Source: Bacteroidia bacterium (GTDB lineage: Bacteria > Bacteroidota > Bacteroidia > Palsa-965). Taken from it: a stretch of DNA of 45,126 bases. How positions within the stretch are numbered: position 1 is the first letter of the stretch; each line of letters opens with the position of its first letter. Under the pieces are notes generated by a model, which made no database searches, was not told the DNA's origin, and saw only the letters and a program-made list of their open reading frames with translations. Positions 27,712 through 37,174 of this stretch are shown in pieces. Location: NCBI GenBank assembly GCA_035496135.1, contig DATJEX010000155.1, positions 1 to 45,126 of the forward strand, given 5' to 3'. The translations under genes and the position numbers were made by a program.

Positions 27712-27732
27712 GTTTTTTCTGATTAACGGGGT

Positions 27733-30700
27733 TTATTCTTTTATCAGTTTCTGCACACCGATGATCTTGCCATCCGATCGGAGCGTGCAGAAATAAATTC
27801 CGCTCGCGACCGATGAGAGATCGATGGTGGTTGTTTGTTCGCTGAATGTTTTCTGCGTAATGATCCTTCCAGTTGCATCCGTCAGAAGGAGATCGGAATT
27901 TTTTCCGGCGCTGCTTGCCGGAAGAACGATCGTTACGGATTCCTTTGCGGGATTCGGATAGAGCGAGAAATTATCATTGTGGAATTCCGTTATGCCTGTT
28001 GTCACATTCACGATCACTGTATCCGAAGTGGTATTCGTGATGACCGGCGCGTTGTAATCGAAATAAATTCCTGCCGTGTTGTTGATCACATCACCCGGTA
28101 TCAATCCCTGTTTCATTTTCGCGCGGTACTGGAACCAGCCGTGACTCATCGGTTCGTTGCGGTTACTGTCGGGCAATTGAATGTTATAGAAATTGAATTT
28201 CATCACACCATTACACAACTCCGGTGTGTACACATGACTCGATGGTCCTGGTTCAATGGAAAGCGGATCGAGATTGGAAGAAAGGGTATCGATCACCACG
28301 ATGTTGAATGCTGTGTCTGTTCCCGTATTCTGGAAATGGATCGTGTACGTGATCAGCGAATCATCCTGGTCGATGGTTCCCGCAACAGGATCAAGAGAAA
28401 ATGCACTTGCACTTTTTTCATTCGGATCGAATGACCCCTGGATGATCCGGCAATCGGTCGCATAATTATCCCACGTGTTGCTTTCTCCTGCTAACGGCAT
28501 GATGTTCGCATTCGCACACAATGAATTTCCGAGAACGGCATTGGCAGGAACGTTCATGTGTACAGTGATGCTTGACCATGCACCTGCAGGAAGTGTTCCC
28601 AGGTTCCAGACTGCTGTTGGATTGTTATAGGAAGTTGGAGCTGTACTCGCAGAAACAAAACTGAGGATCGGATCGTGGTTGAAAGTGAGTACAACATTGT
28701 TCACGGCTATTGTTCCGTTGTTGTAATAAGAGATGGTATAATCCATCGGAAATCCAGGTCGCGCCGCTGTGGACGTGAGCCACACACCGATATTCTGCAC
28801 GGGTGAAGGATGCATTCCGAAATTATAATTGTACAGCGTGTCGCCGAGATTCGTGAAGGTTGCTGTGTAAGTCGTACTGACCGGGCAACCGACCATCCAT
28901 CCATAATACGGATTGCAATGAATCGTGTACGTTCCGGTGAAAGGAAGATGTAGTACATAATTCCCGTTTGCGTCGGTCCATGTGGTGTAATTGCCCGGTG
29001 TCGCGTAAACGTATGTCCATTGTGCGTGCGAATCTCCCGCGTCAAAAACACAGTTCAGATTCGGATCGGTGTACACATTTCCCATCACGATATCATCGCA
29101 CGTGCTGAAGAGTGACGTGTATGCCGTATTCTGACATCCGTGTGCATCCGTGATCGTGCAGGTGTAATTACCACCTACCAATGTCGTCATGGTATCATTT
29201 GCCACTGAATTGGACCATTGATAGGAAAGCGGAGGAACTCCTCCGCTCGCATGCACGATCGCCATTCCCGCGGTCGCGCCGCAATTCACCGATTGATTCG
29301 TGACGTAACTGTTGATCGCAGGTGGAGCCTGTATCGTATCGAACACCGATGCAAAACATCCGCTCTGATCTCCAACGATAATATGATAAACTCCCGGAGG
29401 AAGATTTGTTGCTGTTGAAGTTGTCTGATTGGTTGGTGTCCACAGATAAGTGTAAGGTGGAAGTCCTCCGGACATTGTTACTGTTCCTGTTCCCGTGGTG
29501 TACCAGCAAGCGGCAGGCGTGGACGAAACAGTAGCGTTGAACCCGGTGTTCGCACCAACACTTCCGATGCCTGTTCCTGTACATCCGATCGAATCTGTTA
29601 CAGTGACTGTATAATTTCCAACGCAAAGATTATTGATGAATTGTGTTGTTGCAGAATTCGACCAGCTGTATGTGAGCGGACCCTGTCCTCCTGTTGCTGT
29701 AGCGTTCGCCGTACCGGTACAGGCAGTACAGCCGGAATTATTGGTCGTGACAGAAACATTCACAACGTTGTTGGCTGTGAGGATCGCTGTTGTTGTGCCT
29801 GAACATCCCACTGCATCTGTCACAGTGAGCGTATATGTTCCGGGGCACAAATTGGTTGCCGTAGGCATAGTTTGAAATGCAGGTGACCACATGTAAGTAT
29901 ATGGTCCCGTGCCTCCGGAGGAAGATCCCTGTATCATTCCATTACAGGTATTGGCACAGGTTGGATTCGTTGACGAAACAATGACCGGCGCCGGTCCTGG
30001 ATTATTGTAAACGGTTACAGTAGCTGTAGCTGTATTCATACACGCATCTGTTACGACGATAGTGTATGTTCCCGGCATGACCCCATTCACATTCTGCGTT
30101 GTATAATTTCCGGGGGTCCAGGAGTAAGTGTACGGAGCCGATCCGCCTGAAGGTGTACAGTAAAGCGATCCGATCGGTGTATTGCATTCTGCGTTGTTCC
30201 AACTTGTCGTTACAGAAAGCGCTGTGCTGTTTGAAATAGTGATCGTCGATGTCCGTGAACAACCATGATTATCTGTGGTGGTAACTGTATATGCTCCCGA
30301 GCATAATGACGAAGCAGAATTGGTTGTACTCACGTTCGGGCTCCAGGTGAATGCATAAGGTGTTGTTCCTCCTGTTGGTGTAACCGTTGCTGTTCCTGTA
30401 CACGGAGTGCAACCATTGGAAGAAGAGTAAGTCTGGTTCAACAACGGAGGTTGTGTGATCGCAAAAGAATTCTGACTGAAACAACCATTCATATCCGTTA
30501 CCGAACAGGTGTAAGTATTGGCACAAAGCCCGCTCGCGGTTGCACCGGGTCCGCCAGTGGGCGACCAGGAATACGAGAATGGCGGAGTTCCTCCTGAAAC
30601 GATGGTGCATGTAGCTGAACCGTCGCAATTACCAAAACAGGAAACGTTGTTCGAAGTGATATTGAGATTGATCGCCCCCGGTTGTGTGATACACACCGTA

Positions 30701-31440
30701 GCGAAAGCGGTGCAGAAATTCGCATCAGTAACCATTACGGTATAACATCCGGCAACAAGATTGTTTGCCGTTGCCCCGGTGCCGCCCGTCGGCGACCATG
30801 AATAAAGGTAGGGAGCCGATCCTCCAGAAGCGATAACAGTTGCGGATCCGTTGTTTCCTCCATAACACGATGTGTTAATGAAAGAAGAGATCGTTGCGGT
30901 TGGTCCCGGTACATTCGTCACATTCACTGTCGCTGTTTGGAAACATGCGTTCACATCCGTTACAGTTACCGTATAAGAACCAGCTGATAATCCTATAGCC
31001 GTTGCTGACGTTTGATTTCCCGGAGACCATAAGTAAGAATAAGCTGGCGATCCGCCTGAAGCAACAACCGTCGCCGATCCATTTGGATTGCCGCAGGATG
31101 ACTGAACGGAAGACATAGAAGTTGTTATCGCAAAGGGTTCAGTGATCGTGACAGTCGCTGTCGCTGTACTCATATCAAACTGGTCGGTAATGGTACATGA
31201 GTAACTTCCGGCTGAAAGATTATTCGCCGTTGCATTCGTTCCTCCGCCCGGAGCCCATGCGTAAGTGAACGGACCTGTTCCTCCCGAAGGAGCAGCTGTT
31301 GCGCTTCCATCATTCCCTCCATTACACAAAACAGGAGAAGAAGAAGTGATCGATGCGGAGACTTGCGCCGAAATCTGGATCGCCGATAATGAAAAAACAG
31401 CAATCGCCAGAACGCAGATACGTGAGTACATCTGTTTCAT
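27733..31440 (-). CDS. Very large secreted SprB-repeat protein with CARDB/DUF11-like domains and a T9SS C-terminal sorting domain
   Basis: About 10 SprB-type repeats, then an SdrD-B-like segment (TDANGNYVLHLPFTGTYTI) and a DUF11-like segment. C-terminal LYPNPAKESVTIVLP...GIYFCTLRSDGKIIGVQKLIKE. Confidence 0.8.
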   Translation of the reverse strand: MKQMYSRICVLAIAVFSLSAIQISAQVSASITSSSPVLCNGGNDGSATAAPSGGTGPFTYAWAPGGGTNATANNLSAGSYSCTITDQFDMSTATATVTITEPFAITTSMSSVQSSCGNPNGSATVVASGGSPAYSYLWSPGNQTSATAIGLSAGSYTVTVTDVNACFQTATVNVTNVPGPTATISSFINTSCYGGNNGSATVIASGGSAPYLYSWSPTGGTGATANNLVAGCYTVMVTDANFCTAFATVCITQPGAINLNITSNNVSCFGNCDGSATCTIVSGGTPPFSYSWSPTGGPGATASGLCANTYTCSVTDMNGCFSQNSFAITQPPLLNQTYSSSNGCTPCTGTATVTPTGGTTPYAFTWSPNVSTTNSASSLCSGAYTVTTTDNHGCSRTSTITISNSTALSVTTSWNNAECNTPIGSLYCTPSGGSAPYTYSWTPGNYTTQNVNGVMPGTYTIVVTDACMNTATATVTVYNNPGPAPVIVSSTNPTCANTCNGMIQGSSSGGTGPYTYMWSPAFQTMPTATNLCPGTYTLTVTDAVGCSGTTTAILTANNVVNVSVTTNNSGCTACTGTANATATGGQGPLTYSWSNSATTQFINNLCVGNYTVTVTDSIGCTGTGIGSVGANTGFNATVSSTPAACWYTTGTGTVTMSGGLPPYTYLWTPTNQTTSTATNLPPGVYHIIVGDQSGCFASVFDTIQAPPAINSYVTNQSVNCGATAGMAIVHASGGVPPLSYQWSNSVANDTMTTLVGGNYTCTITDAHGCQNTAYTSLFSTCDDIVMGNVYTDPNLNCVFDAGDSHAQWTYVYATPGNYTTWTDANGNYVLHLPFTGTYTIHCNPYYGWMVGCPVSTTYTATFTNLGDTLYNYNFGMHPSPVQNIGVWLTSTAARPGFPMDYTISYYNNGTIAVNNVVLTFNHDPILSFVSASTAPTSYNNPTAVWNLGTLPAGAWSSITVHMNVPANAVLGNSLCANANIMPLAGESNTWDNYATDCRIIQGSFDPNEKSASAFSLDPVAGTIDQDDSLITYTIHFQNTGTDTAFNIVVIDTLSSNLDPLSIEPGPSSHVYTPELCNGVMKFNFYNIQLPDSNRNEPMSHGWFQYRAKMKQGLIPGDVINNTAGIYFDYNAPVITNTTSDTVIVNVTTGITEFHNDNFSLYPNPAKESVTIVLPASSAGKNSDLLLTDATGRIITQKTFSEQTTTIDLSSVASGIYFCTLRSDGKIIGVQKLIKE

Positions 31441-31536
31441 GTGTAAGGATTAAGGGGTGAATAAGGATGTTTGCCATTAGAAATGTAGGATAAAAAGAGA
31501 CAAGTTCCAAATAGGGTCAATTACGGATGGTACAGG

Positions 31537-31596
31537 TATACTGATTACAGATCACTGGAATACGTTCCCGATCGCTGTTGATCTGTAATCAGTATA
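31537..31596. repeat. Perfect 18-bp inverted repeat TATACTGATTACAGATCA / TGATCTGTAATCAGTATA with a 24-nt spacer
   Basis: Read directly. Lies in the divergent spacer between the SprB-repeat operon and rnhA. Confidence 0.9.
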
Positions 31597-31649
31597 TCTG
31601 TACAATTTGTAATCCTCCCTCTACTATCTTCGCACAAATAATTTTCCTT

Positions 31650-32108
31650 GTGTCGCACAATATTCATATTTACACCGATGGTTCTTCGAGAGGAAATCCC
31701 GGCCCGGGCGGATACGGCGTCATTCTCATGTCGGGCCATCACCGCAAGGAATTGTCACAGGGCTTTCGTGTGACAACGAATAACCGGATGGAATTACTCA
31801 GCGTGATCGTCGCGCTCGAATCACTGAAAGTTCCCGGATCGCATGTCACTATTTTTTCCGATTCGAAATATGTGGTGGACAGCGTGGAGAAAAAATGGGT
31901 ATTCGGTTGGGAAAAAACAGGATTCAAGAAAAAAGCAAACGCCGATCTGTGGATGCGCTTCCTCGATATCTACGAAAAACATCACGTGAAATTCCACTGG
32001 ATAAAAGGCCACGCTTCCAATCCGTACAATGAACGTTGTGATGAATTAGCCGTGGCCGCCGCGCTGGGAGGAGATCTGATTGAAGACGAAGGATATAGTA
32101 GTGAGTAA
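31650..32108 (+). CDS. rnhA: Ribonuclease HI
   Basis: IYTDGSSRGNPGPGGYG, NNRMEL, SDSKYV and GHASNPYNERCDELA give the catalytic D-E-D-(H)-D pattern. GTG start at 31650 is inferred, because the longer ORF from 31578 runs through repeat sequence. Confidence 0.85.
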   Translation: MSHNIHIYTDGSSRGNPGPGGYGVILMSGHHRKELSQGFRVTTNNRMELLSVIVALESLKVPGSHVTIFSDSKYVVDSVEKKWVFGWEKTGFKKKANADLWMRFLDIYEKHHVKFHWIKGHASNPYNERCDELAVAAALGGDLIEDEGYSSE

Positions 32109-32188
32109 TTAGTATAGAGTATTTCGTATTGGGCCGTGAGAATATCCGCCCAAAGGTTTCTAACTACTCTATACTAACTACTCACTAC
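32098..32188. terminator. 24-bp inverted repeat (GTAGTGAGTAATTAGTATAGAGTA / TACTCTATACTAACTACTCACTAC) between convergent rnhA and the aminopeptidase gene
   Basis: One mismatch in 24 bp. The left arm covers the last rnhA codons and the right arm reaches the aminopeptidase stop. Likely a bidirectional terminator. Confidence 0.5.
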
Positions 32189-34899
32189 TTAAGTCGTGCT
32201 ACCACCGCATTGATCGCCGCAGCTTTGTCATCCGCTTTCGCTTTATCGTCGGCGAGTTTCTGCAAACCGGTCGCGTTGTTCTTCACCTGTTTCAGATCGT
32301 CATATTGCTTCTGGAGATCCGCTGATGTGCTCTGGAAATAACGCGAGATGTCTTTAAGTGTTCCTTTGAGATAAAGTTTTATGCTCGGTGAAGAAGTGGA
32401 ATTGTACAGATCTTCCCATTGCGGCAATGCCTTGTTGATCGTTTCGAGTGAACAGCGACGCAGGAGCGAACCGTATTCCTGGATGAAATACGTCTGGAAA
32501 CTTCCGCAGAGTGTCGGCAAAGTTTTCTGGAACCAAGCCTGCTGATCATCTGTTCCATAATACGCATAAGCACTTCCTACTGCTGTTTTGATATCGCGCG
32601 AAGGGTCGTTCTCCATTTTCGCCAGCTGCACCATTCCGTCTTTCGGGAAATTTTTTGTCAAAGCGAGCAACGCAGATGTGATCACATTGTAGGAACTGTC
32701 ATTGATGCACGACATGAAAACAGGTTTCAGATTGTCATCTGTCGAAGCGTCCGCCAGCGCATCGAGCGCGCTCGCACGCACCGCCGCTTTCGGATCGCCC
32801 TGCGCCAATTTGATCAGAATGTCTTTCACTCCGTCCACCTGGTTGGCATTGTTGTCGATCCTGCTGCACGCGAGATTTCTGATCGCCCAGAATTCATCCT
32901 TCAAAGCTTTACTCACGATCTGCAGGGAAAGATCATAATCCGGATTCGGTTTATCGCGCGACACTTTCAGATTCTGTGCCAATGCGTTGATCGCTTCTAC
33001 CCGATCCACATACAATGTTGAATTGTTGTAGAGAAAAGCCCACTCCGCTGCATTGTGATGGTCTGCTTTGAAACATGGCAGCGTTTTCTGCGCGTCCACA
33101 TTTACGATATCCGGTTTTGTTGCAGCGTCAAAATAAAATGTGTCACAGAGACTTTTCACGATCACTTCCTGTCTCGTTGTTTTTCCACCGCTGTACAGAT
33201 CGATACTCAAAGGAATTCTGAAGATCGGTGTGCCGTCTGTTCTGTCCTGTGTTTGTTTGATAATGACTCGTTGCTTCATTTTCACCGCGTCATAATCATA
33301 AGCAATGTCCAGTTCCGGATGTCCGCGTTCCATGAACCATTCGTTGAAGAACCAGCGCAGATCCTGGCCGGTGGTTTGTTCAAATGCCAAACGGAGATCA
33401 TCGACTTCGCCCGAAGAGAATTTTTTTGTCTCGAGATATAATTTCAATGAAGCGAAGAAAGCGTCATCTCCAACGTACTGGCGAAGCAGGTGTAGCACCT
33501 GTCCACCTTTGTTGTAGGAATGCCCGTCGAACATGTCTTCGCGGTCCTCATAATAAAAACGGATGAGCGGTTCGCGCACGCCCGGCCATTGTTCTGTTCT
33601 TCTTCCCGCTGCCGATTCCCGCAGGTAACCGTGCAGCGATGAATAATGTCCGTAATCCGCTTCTTCTTTTCCGTAACGGAATTCGTTCCACAGATATTCG
33701 CCGTAAGTGGCGAACGATTCATTCAGCGGAAGATTCGACCACGATTCGCAAGTGACAAGATCGCCGAACCACTGGTGGAATAATTCGTGCGAGATGTAAT
33801 CTTCATAACTCTCATCGAGCACTTCGCGTGAATCCTGCTGTAGAAAATCGGAATGAAGTGTGGCTGTCGTATTCTCCATCGCGCCGCTCACATAATCGCG
33901 CGCGCAGATCTGCGAATATTTCGCCCATTGGAAATCCACGCCGAGTTTCTTCGAGAAGAAATCGATCATGTCGGGCGTGTGGCCGAAAACCACTCTCGCG
34001 TCATTCGCGAATTGCGGTTCCACATAATAACTCACTTCTTTTCCTTTCCACGAATCTTTTACGATGGTGAATGAACCAACCGCCATCATCACAAGATATG
34101 GCGCGCTCGGCAGATCCATTCTCCAGTGATCCGTACGTGTTCCATCCGCATTTTTTTTCTGATCGAACAGCAATCCATTGGAAAGCGTGACGTACTTGTC
34201 TTCCACCGTCATGTAGATCTCCGATGTCATTCTCTCGTTCGGATGATCGATCGTCGGCATCCACACCGAATTCGATTGTGTTTCTCCCTGCGTCCAGATC
34301 TGGCGCGGATGTAAAACAGAATCTTTCGGATCGGCATCGGGATTGATGAAATACAATCCCTTGTCTTCGTTGATCGCCGCGCTTCCTCCCACAGGAATTT
34401 CATCGGGTTTCGAAACGTAGTCGATGAAAACCGTGTACTCTTCATCTTTCGTGTACGAACGTCCAAGCTGAATGACGAGTTTGTTGTCTTTATATGTGTA
34501 CGGCGCTGTGATCGTGTCCTCGGCGAAGAGCGTGGAATTATTGGTAGAACGTTTCAGCAACGCAACACGATTGATCTGCATGCCGCGTGCATCGAGTTCC
34601 AGTGTGGACTGAGAATAGAAATAAGGTTTCGCGCTGATCGTCGCTTTCCCGTACATGTATCGCTTCTTCCAGTCAAAACGCACATCGAGTTTGGTGTGCA
34701 GCAGATCGCTCAGTCTTGTTGCCGATGGATTATAATCCGGTTGCGACTCTGCGTTGATCGTAGAATCGTACGGCGCGAGGAGCGACATGCTCCAGTTTGG
34801 TTTCGGTTTGTTGTTATTCGCCGCATGTTTGGTGTGGCCGCAAGCGAGTGCGAAGAAGAGGATGCTGGACGGGATAATGAGTTTGTGAAGTGTTTTCAT
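32185..34899 (-). CDS. pepN: M1-family aminopeptidase N lipoprotein with a C-terminal HEAT-like region
   Basis: GAMEN motif (SGAMENTT) and the zinc site HELFHQWFGDLVT ... NESFATYGE. N-terminal ILFFALAC lipobox. Confidence 0.9.
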   Translation of the reverse strand: MKTLHKLIIPSSILFFALACGHTKHAANNNKPKPNWSMSLLAPYDSTINAESQPDYNPSATRLSDLLHTKLDVRFDWKKRYMYGKATISAKPYFYSQSTLELDARGMQINRVALLKRSTNNSTLFAEDTITAPYTYKDNKLVIQLGRSYTKDEEYTVFIDYVSKPDEIPVGGSAAINEDKGLYFINPDADPKDSVLHPRQIWTQGETQSNSVWMPTIDHPNERMTSEIYMTVEDKYVTLSNGLLFDQKKNADGTRTDHWRMDLPSAPYLVMMAVGSFTIVKDSWKGKEVSYYVEPQFANDARVVFGHTPDMIDFFSKKLGVDFQWAKYSQICARDYVSGAMENTTATLHSDFLQQDSREVLDESYEDYISHELFHQWFGDLVTCESWSNLPLNESFATYGEYLWNEFRYGKEEADYGHYSSLHGYLRESAAGRRTEQWPGVREPLIRFYYEDREDMFDGHSYNKGGQVLHLLRQYVGDDAFFASLKLYLETKKFSSGEVDDLRLAFEQTTGQDLRWFFNEWFMERGHPELDIAYDYDAVKMKQRVIIKQTQDRTDGTPIFRIPLSIDLYSGGKTTRQEVIVKSLCDTFYFDAATKPDIVNVDAQKTLPCFKADHHNAAEWAFLYNNSTLYVDRVEAINALAQNLKVSRDKPNPDYDLSLQIVSKALKDEFWAIRNLACSRIDNNANQVDGVKDILIKLAQGDPKAAVRASALDALADASTDDNLKPVFMSCINDSSYNVITSALLALTKNFPKDGMVQLAKMENDPSRDIKTAVGSAYAYYGTDDQQAWFQKTLPTLCGSFQTYFIQEYGSLLRRCSLETINKALPQWEDLYNSTSSPSIKLYLKGTLKDISRYFQSTSADLQKQYDDLKQVKNNATGLQKLADDKAKADDKAAAINAVVARLK

Positions 34900-34908
34900 T
34901 TTATTGGG

Positions 34909-35022
34909 GGGAACGAATTGCTAATCTACCCGAATATACTAATGTGGAGTTGCAATTGGTTTTCGATACTGCTCCGGTTGCTTCCTGATTTTAATATTTG
35001 AGCAGATTAGTAATTCGTTCCC
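34909..35022. repeat. Palindromic intergenic element, GGGAACGAATT family, full copy A (~114 bp)
   Basis: Left arm GGGAACGAATTGCTAATCTACCCGAATATACTAATG. The right arm reverse complement is GGGAACGAATTACTAATCTGCTCAAATATTAA. Confidence 0.85.
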
Positions 35023-35035
35023 TTTTTTAGAAACG

Positions 35036-35043
35036 TAAATTTG
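35036..35043 (+). promoter_or_regulatory. -7 box TAAATTTG (TAnnTTTG) just after palindromic element A
   Basis: Exact consensus match, but 107 nt upstream of the ATG at 35150, which implies a long leader. Confidence 0.35.
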
Positions 35044-35149
35044 GTGAATTATCCCATCCATTCGTCCCCGCCCGTCGGGGAAATACGCCGATGGACATAA
35101 TTTTTCCTGTATCTTTTCCATTGCTGGCCGATATAGTATAAAACGATTC

Positions 35150-35794
35150 ATGAAAAGAAAATTACCATTCCTTCTTTTGTTTCTGCTTCCGCTCATATCC
35201 TTCAAAAGCAGCACCCCACTAACGATACGCCTGAAAGGATACTTCATCGTACTCGCTTTCCGTCTCCATCACGATTGTCCCTGCGGACTGGATATCTCCA
35301 GCACAAAACTCATAACCGGTGAATATGGGCAAGCCTACTGTCTTTGTGATGGGAATTATTACAAGAACTTCGGCATAACCTGGTATGTGCCGCAGGATAA
35401 ACTGGATGAAAACCGTATTGATGATTTCAAGTATTTCTCAAAGAACGCCCCGAATGAACATTACATGTTCCTTTCCGTTGACAAACGTATCCTGTCTGAT
35501 AATTACAAGGGTGATACACTCATCGCCCGGAATGATTCGCTGATCAAAATGGTGCAGAGCGATACCGTGATGGCCGAAAACATCAGCAGGGAAGTGTCCA
35601 GGGCAAATCTGAATTTTGCACACAGGGGTTCATACTATGTGCTGATGAAAGGAGAAGTGACAGCATTGCGGCTGAATAACATGCCGGGCAAGAAAACAAA
35701 AGGTGGTATAGGGAAAGAACAATATCTTTTTCTCAATGATCCTTCGAACACCATTGAGTTCGTGAAAGTCATCAAAGACAGATTCGGGAGCTGA
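35150..35794 (+). CDS. Secreted hypothetical protein with a CxC...CxC motif, tandem paralog 1
   Basis: MKRKLPFLLLFLLPLISF signal peptide. Conserved IRLKGY, C-P-CGLDIS and CLCDGNYYK, shared with 35854..36513. Confidence 0.65.
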   Translation: MKRKLPFLLLFLLPLISFKSSTPLTIRLKGYFIVLAFRLHHDCPCGLDISSTKLITGEYGQAYCLCDGNYYKNFGITWYVPQDKLDENRIDDFKYFSKNAPNEHYMFLSVDKRILSDNYKGDTLIARNDSLIKMVQSDTVMAENISREVSRANLNFAHRGSYYVLMKGEVTALRLNNMPGKKTKGGIGKEQYLFLNDPSNTIEFVKVIKDRFGS

Positions 35795-35853
35795 AATGAA
35801 ATGATCTTTCATAAAAATATCTGCGCCACCGAATGAAATACTCAAATCACTTC

Positions 35854-36513
35854 ATGAAAAGAAAATTACCATTCCTCCTGCTGCTCGTCATCCCTTTGCT
35901 TTCCTTCACGAAAAAGAAGGAGCCGCTTTTCATTCGCCTGAAAGGATATTACATCATCACATCTTTCAATCCGAAATATCCGATGTGTACATGCGGGCTC
36001 GACATTTCGCGTACGAGGGACATCAACAACAAGATCGACACGAACGCACATTGCCTGTGCGATGGGAACTATTACAAGCAGATCGGGTACATTCATTATG
36101 CGAGCGAAAAAGATCTTGATCCTGCCCGCATAGATGATTACAAGTACCAGACTGCGATCGAAAAATATCACCACTATACCTTTCTGACCACGAATCCTTC
36201 GATCCTCCAAGACAATTATGCCGGAGATCCCGCCATAGTGGCGAATGACTCCTTGAGCCGCGTGGTGAAAAGCGATACGGTACTCGCGGAAAAAATAAAC
36301 GATGAACTTTCCAAAGCAAAAATGAAGTTTACAACATCGCGGGTGGCCTACGAAGTGCTGATGAAAGGAGAGATCACCGCGATGCGGTTGAATGATGTTC
36401 CCGTTCCTAAGGATTACAAGACCGACATACTTCGAGCACAGTATCTGTTGCTGAACGATCCCGCCAATACGCTGAAATTTGTAAAGATCCTTCCCGATCC
36501 GTGGGGGAAATGA
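35854..36513 (+). CDS. Secreted hypothetical protein with a CxC...CxC motif, tandem paralog 2
   Basis: MKRKLPFLLLLVIPLLSF signal peptide. C-T-CGLDIS and CLCDGNYYK. Roughly 45% identity to paralog 1 by hand alignment. Start set to the ATG at 35854. Confidence 0.65.
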   Translation: MKRKLPFLLLLVIPLLSFTKKKEPLFIRLKGYYIITSFNPKYPMCTCGLDISRTRDINNKIDTNAHCLCDGNYYKQIGYIHYASEKDLDPARIDDYKYQTAIEKYHHYTFLTTNPSILQDNYAGDPAIVANDSLSRVVKSDTVLAEKINDELSKAKMKFTTSRVAYEVLMKGEITAMRLNDVPVPKDYKTDILRAQYLLLNDPANTLKFVKILPDPWGK

Positions 36514-36640
36514 AAAAAGCTGCCGGCGTGAACACAGCGTAAAAATGTTCGGCGGTCTGCGAATGACAACTTAATGTCGAAATTTTTCCATTCACCCATT
36601 CGTATTTCGTAGATTCGCAACGATCAGTATCTGAAATACT

Positions 36641-37159
36641 ATGGAGAAACAATCATTCACCGTTACATCCGGAAAAACAGCTCACAGAATAGAACTGGAG
36701 AAAAACGGTTCTTATAGCGGAACTATTGATGGAAAAGAATTTTCCTGCGATACGATCAGTACCGGAACCGACAAATTCCACGTGATCCGCAACAACCGCT
36801 CGTATGAAGTGGAGATCGTAAAATCGGATCTCGCCGCGAAAACCATCACGGTGAAAGTGAATGGGCATCTTTATCCGTTGACCTTAAAAGACAAATACGA
36901 TGAATTGCTCCACTCGCTGGGAATGGACAAACTGCATTCGGCAAAAGTGAATGAACTCAAAGCGCCGATGCCGGGACTCGTGCTGGACATCGTGGTTCGC
37001 GAAGGACAGGAAGTGAAGAAAGGCGATCCGCTCGTGGTGCTGGAAGCGATGAAAATGGAAAACATCCTGAAATCTCCAGCCGACGTGACCGTGAAGAAAA
37101 TATCCGTGAAGAAGGGAACGGCGGTGGAGAAGAACCAGGTTCTCGTTCTTTTCAATTGA
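36641..37159 (+). CDS. Biotin carboxyl carrier / biotin-lipoyl attachment domain protein
   Basis: C-terminal biotinylation motif VLEAMKMEN within a ~70-aa hammerhead domain. Confidence 0.85.
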   Translation: MEKQSFTVTSGKTAHRIELEKNGSYSGTIDGKEFSCDTISTGTDKFHVIRNNRSYEVEIVKSDLAAKTITVKVNGHLYPLTLKDKYDELLHSLGMDKLHSAKVNELKAPMPGLVLDIVVREGQEVKKGDPLVVLEAMKMENILKSPADVTVKKISVKKGTAVEKNQVLVLFN

Positions 37160-37174
37160 TATTTCCCGATCGAA

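Noticed and set aside
31578-31649. Longer RNase HI ORF starting at 31578
   Set aside because: The extra 24 codons overlap the right arm of the 18-bp inverted repeat and add no RNase H homology. The GTG at 31650 gives the canonical N-terminus (SHNIHIYTDGS).
34696-35247. ORFs 34696..35001 (+) and 34939..35247 (-) spanning the spacer upstream of 35150
   Set aside because: Both read through palindromic element A, and the same GNELLI peptide appears on both strands and at 7858. They are artefacts of the inverted repeat, not genes.
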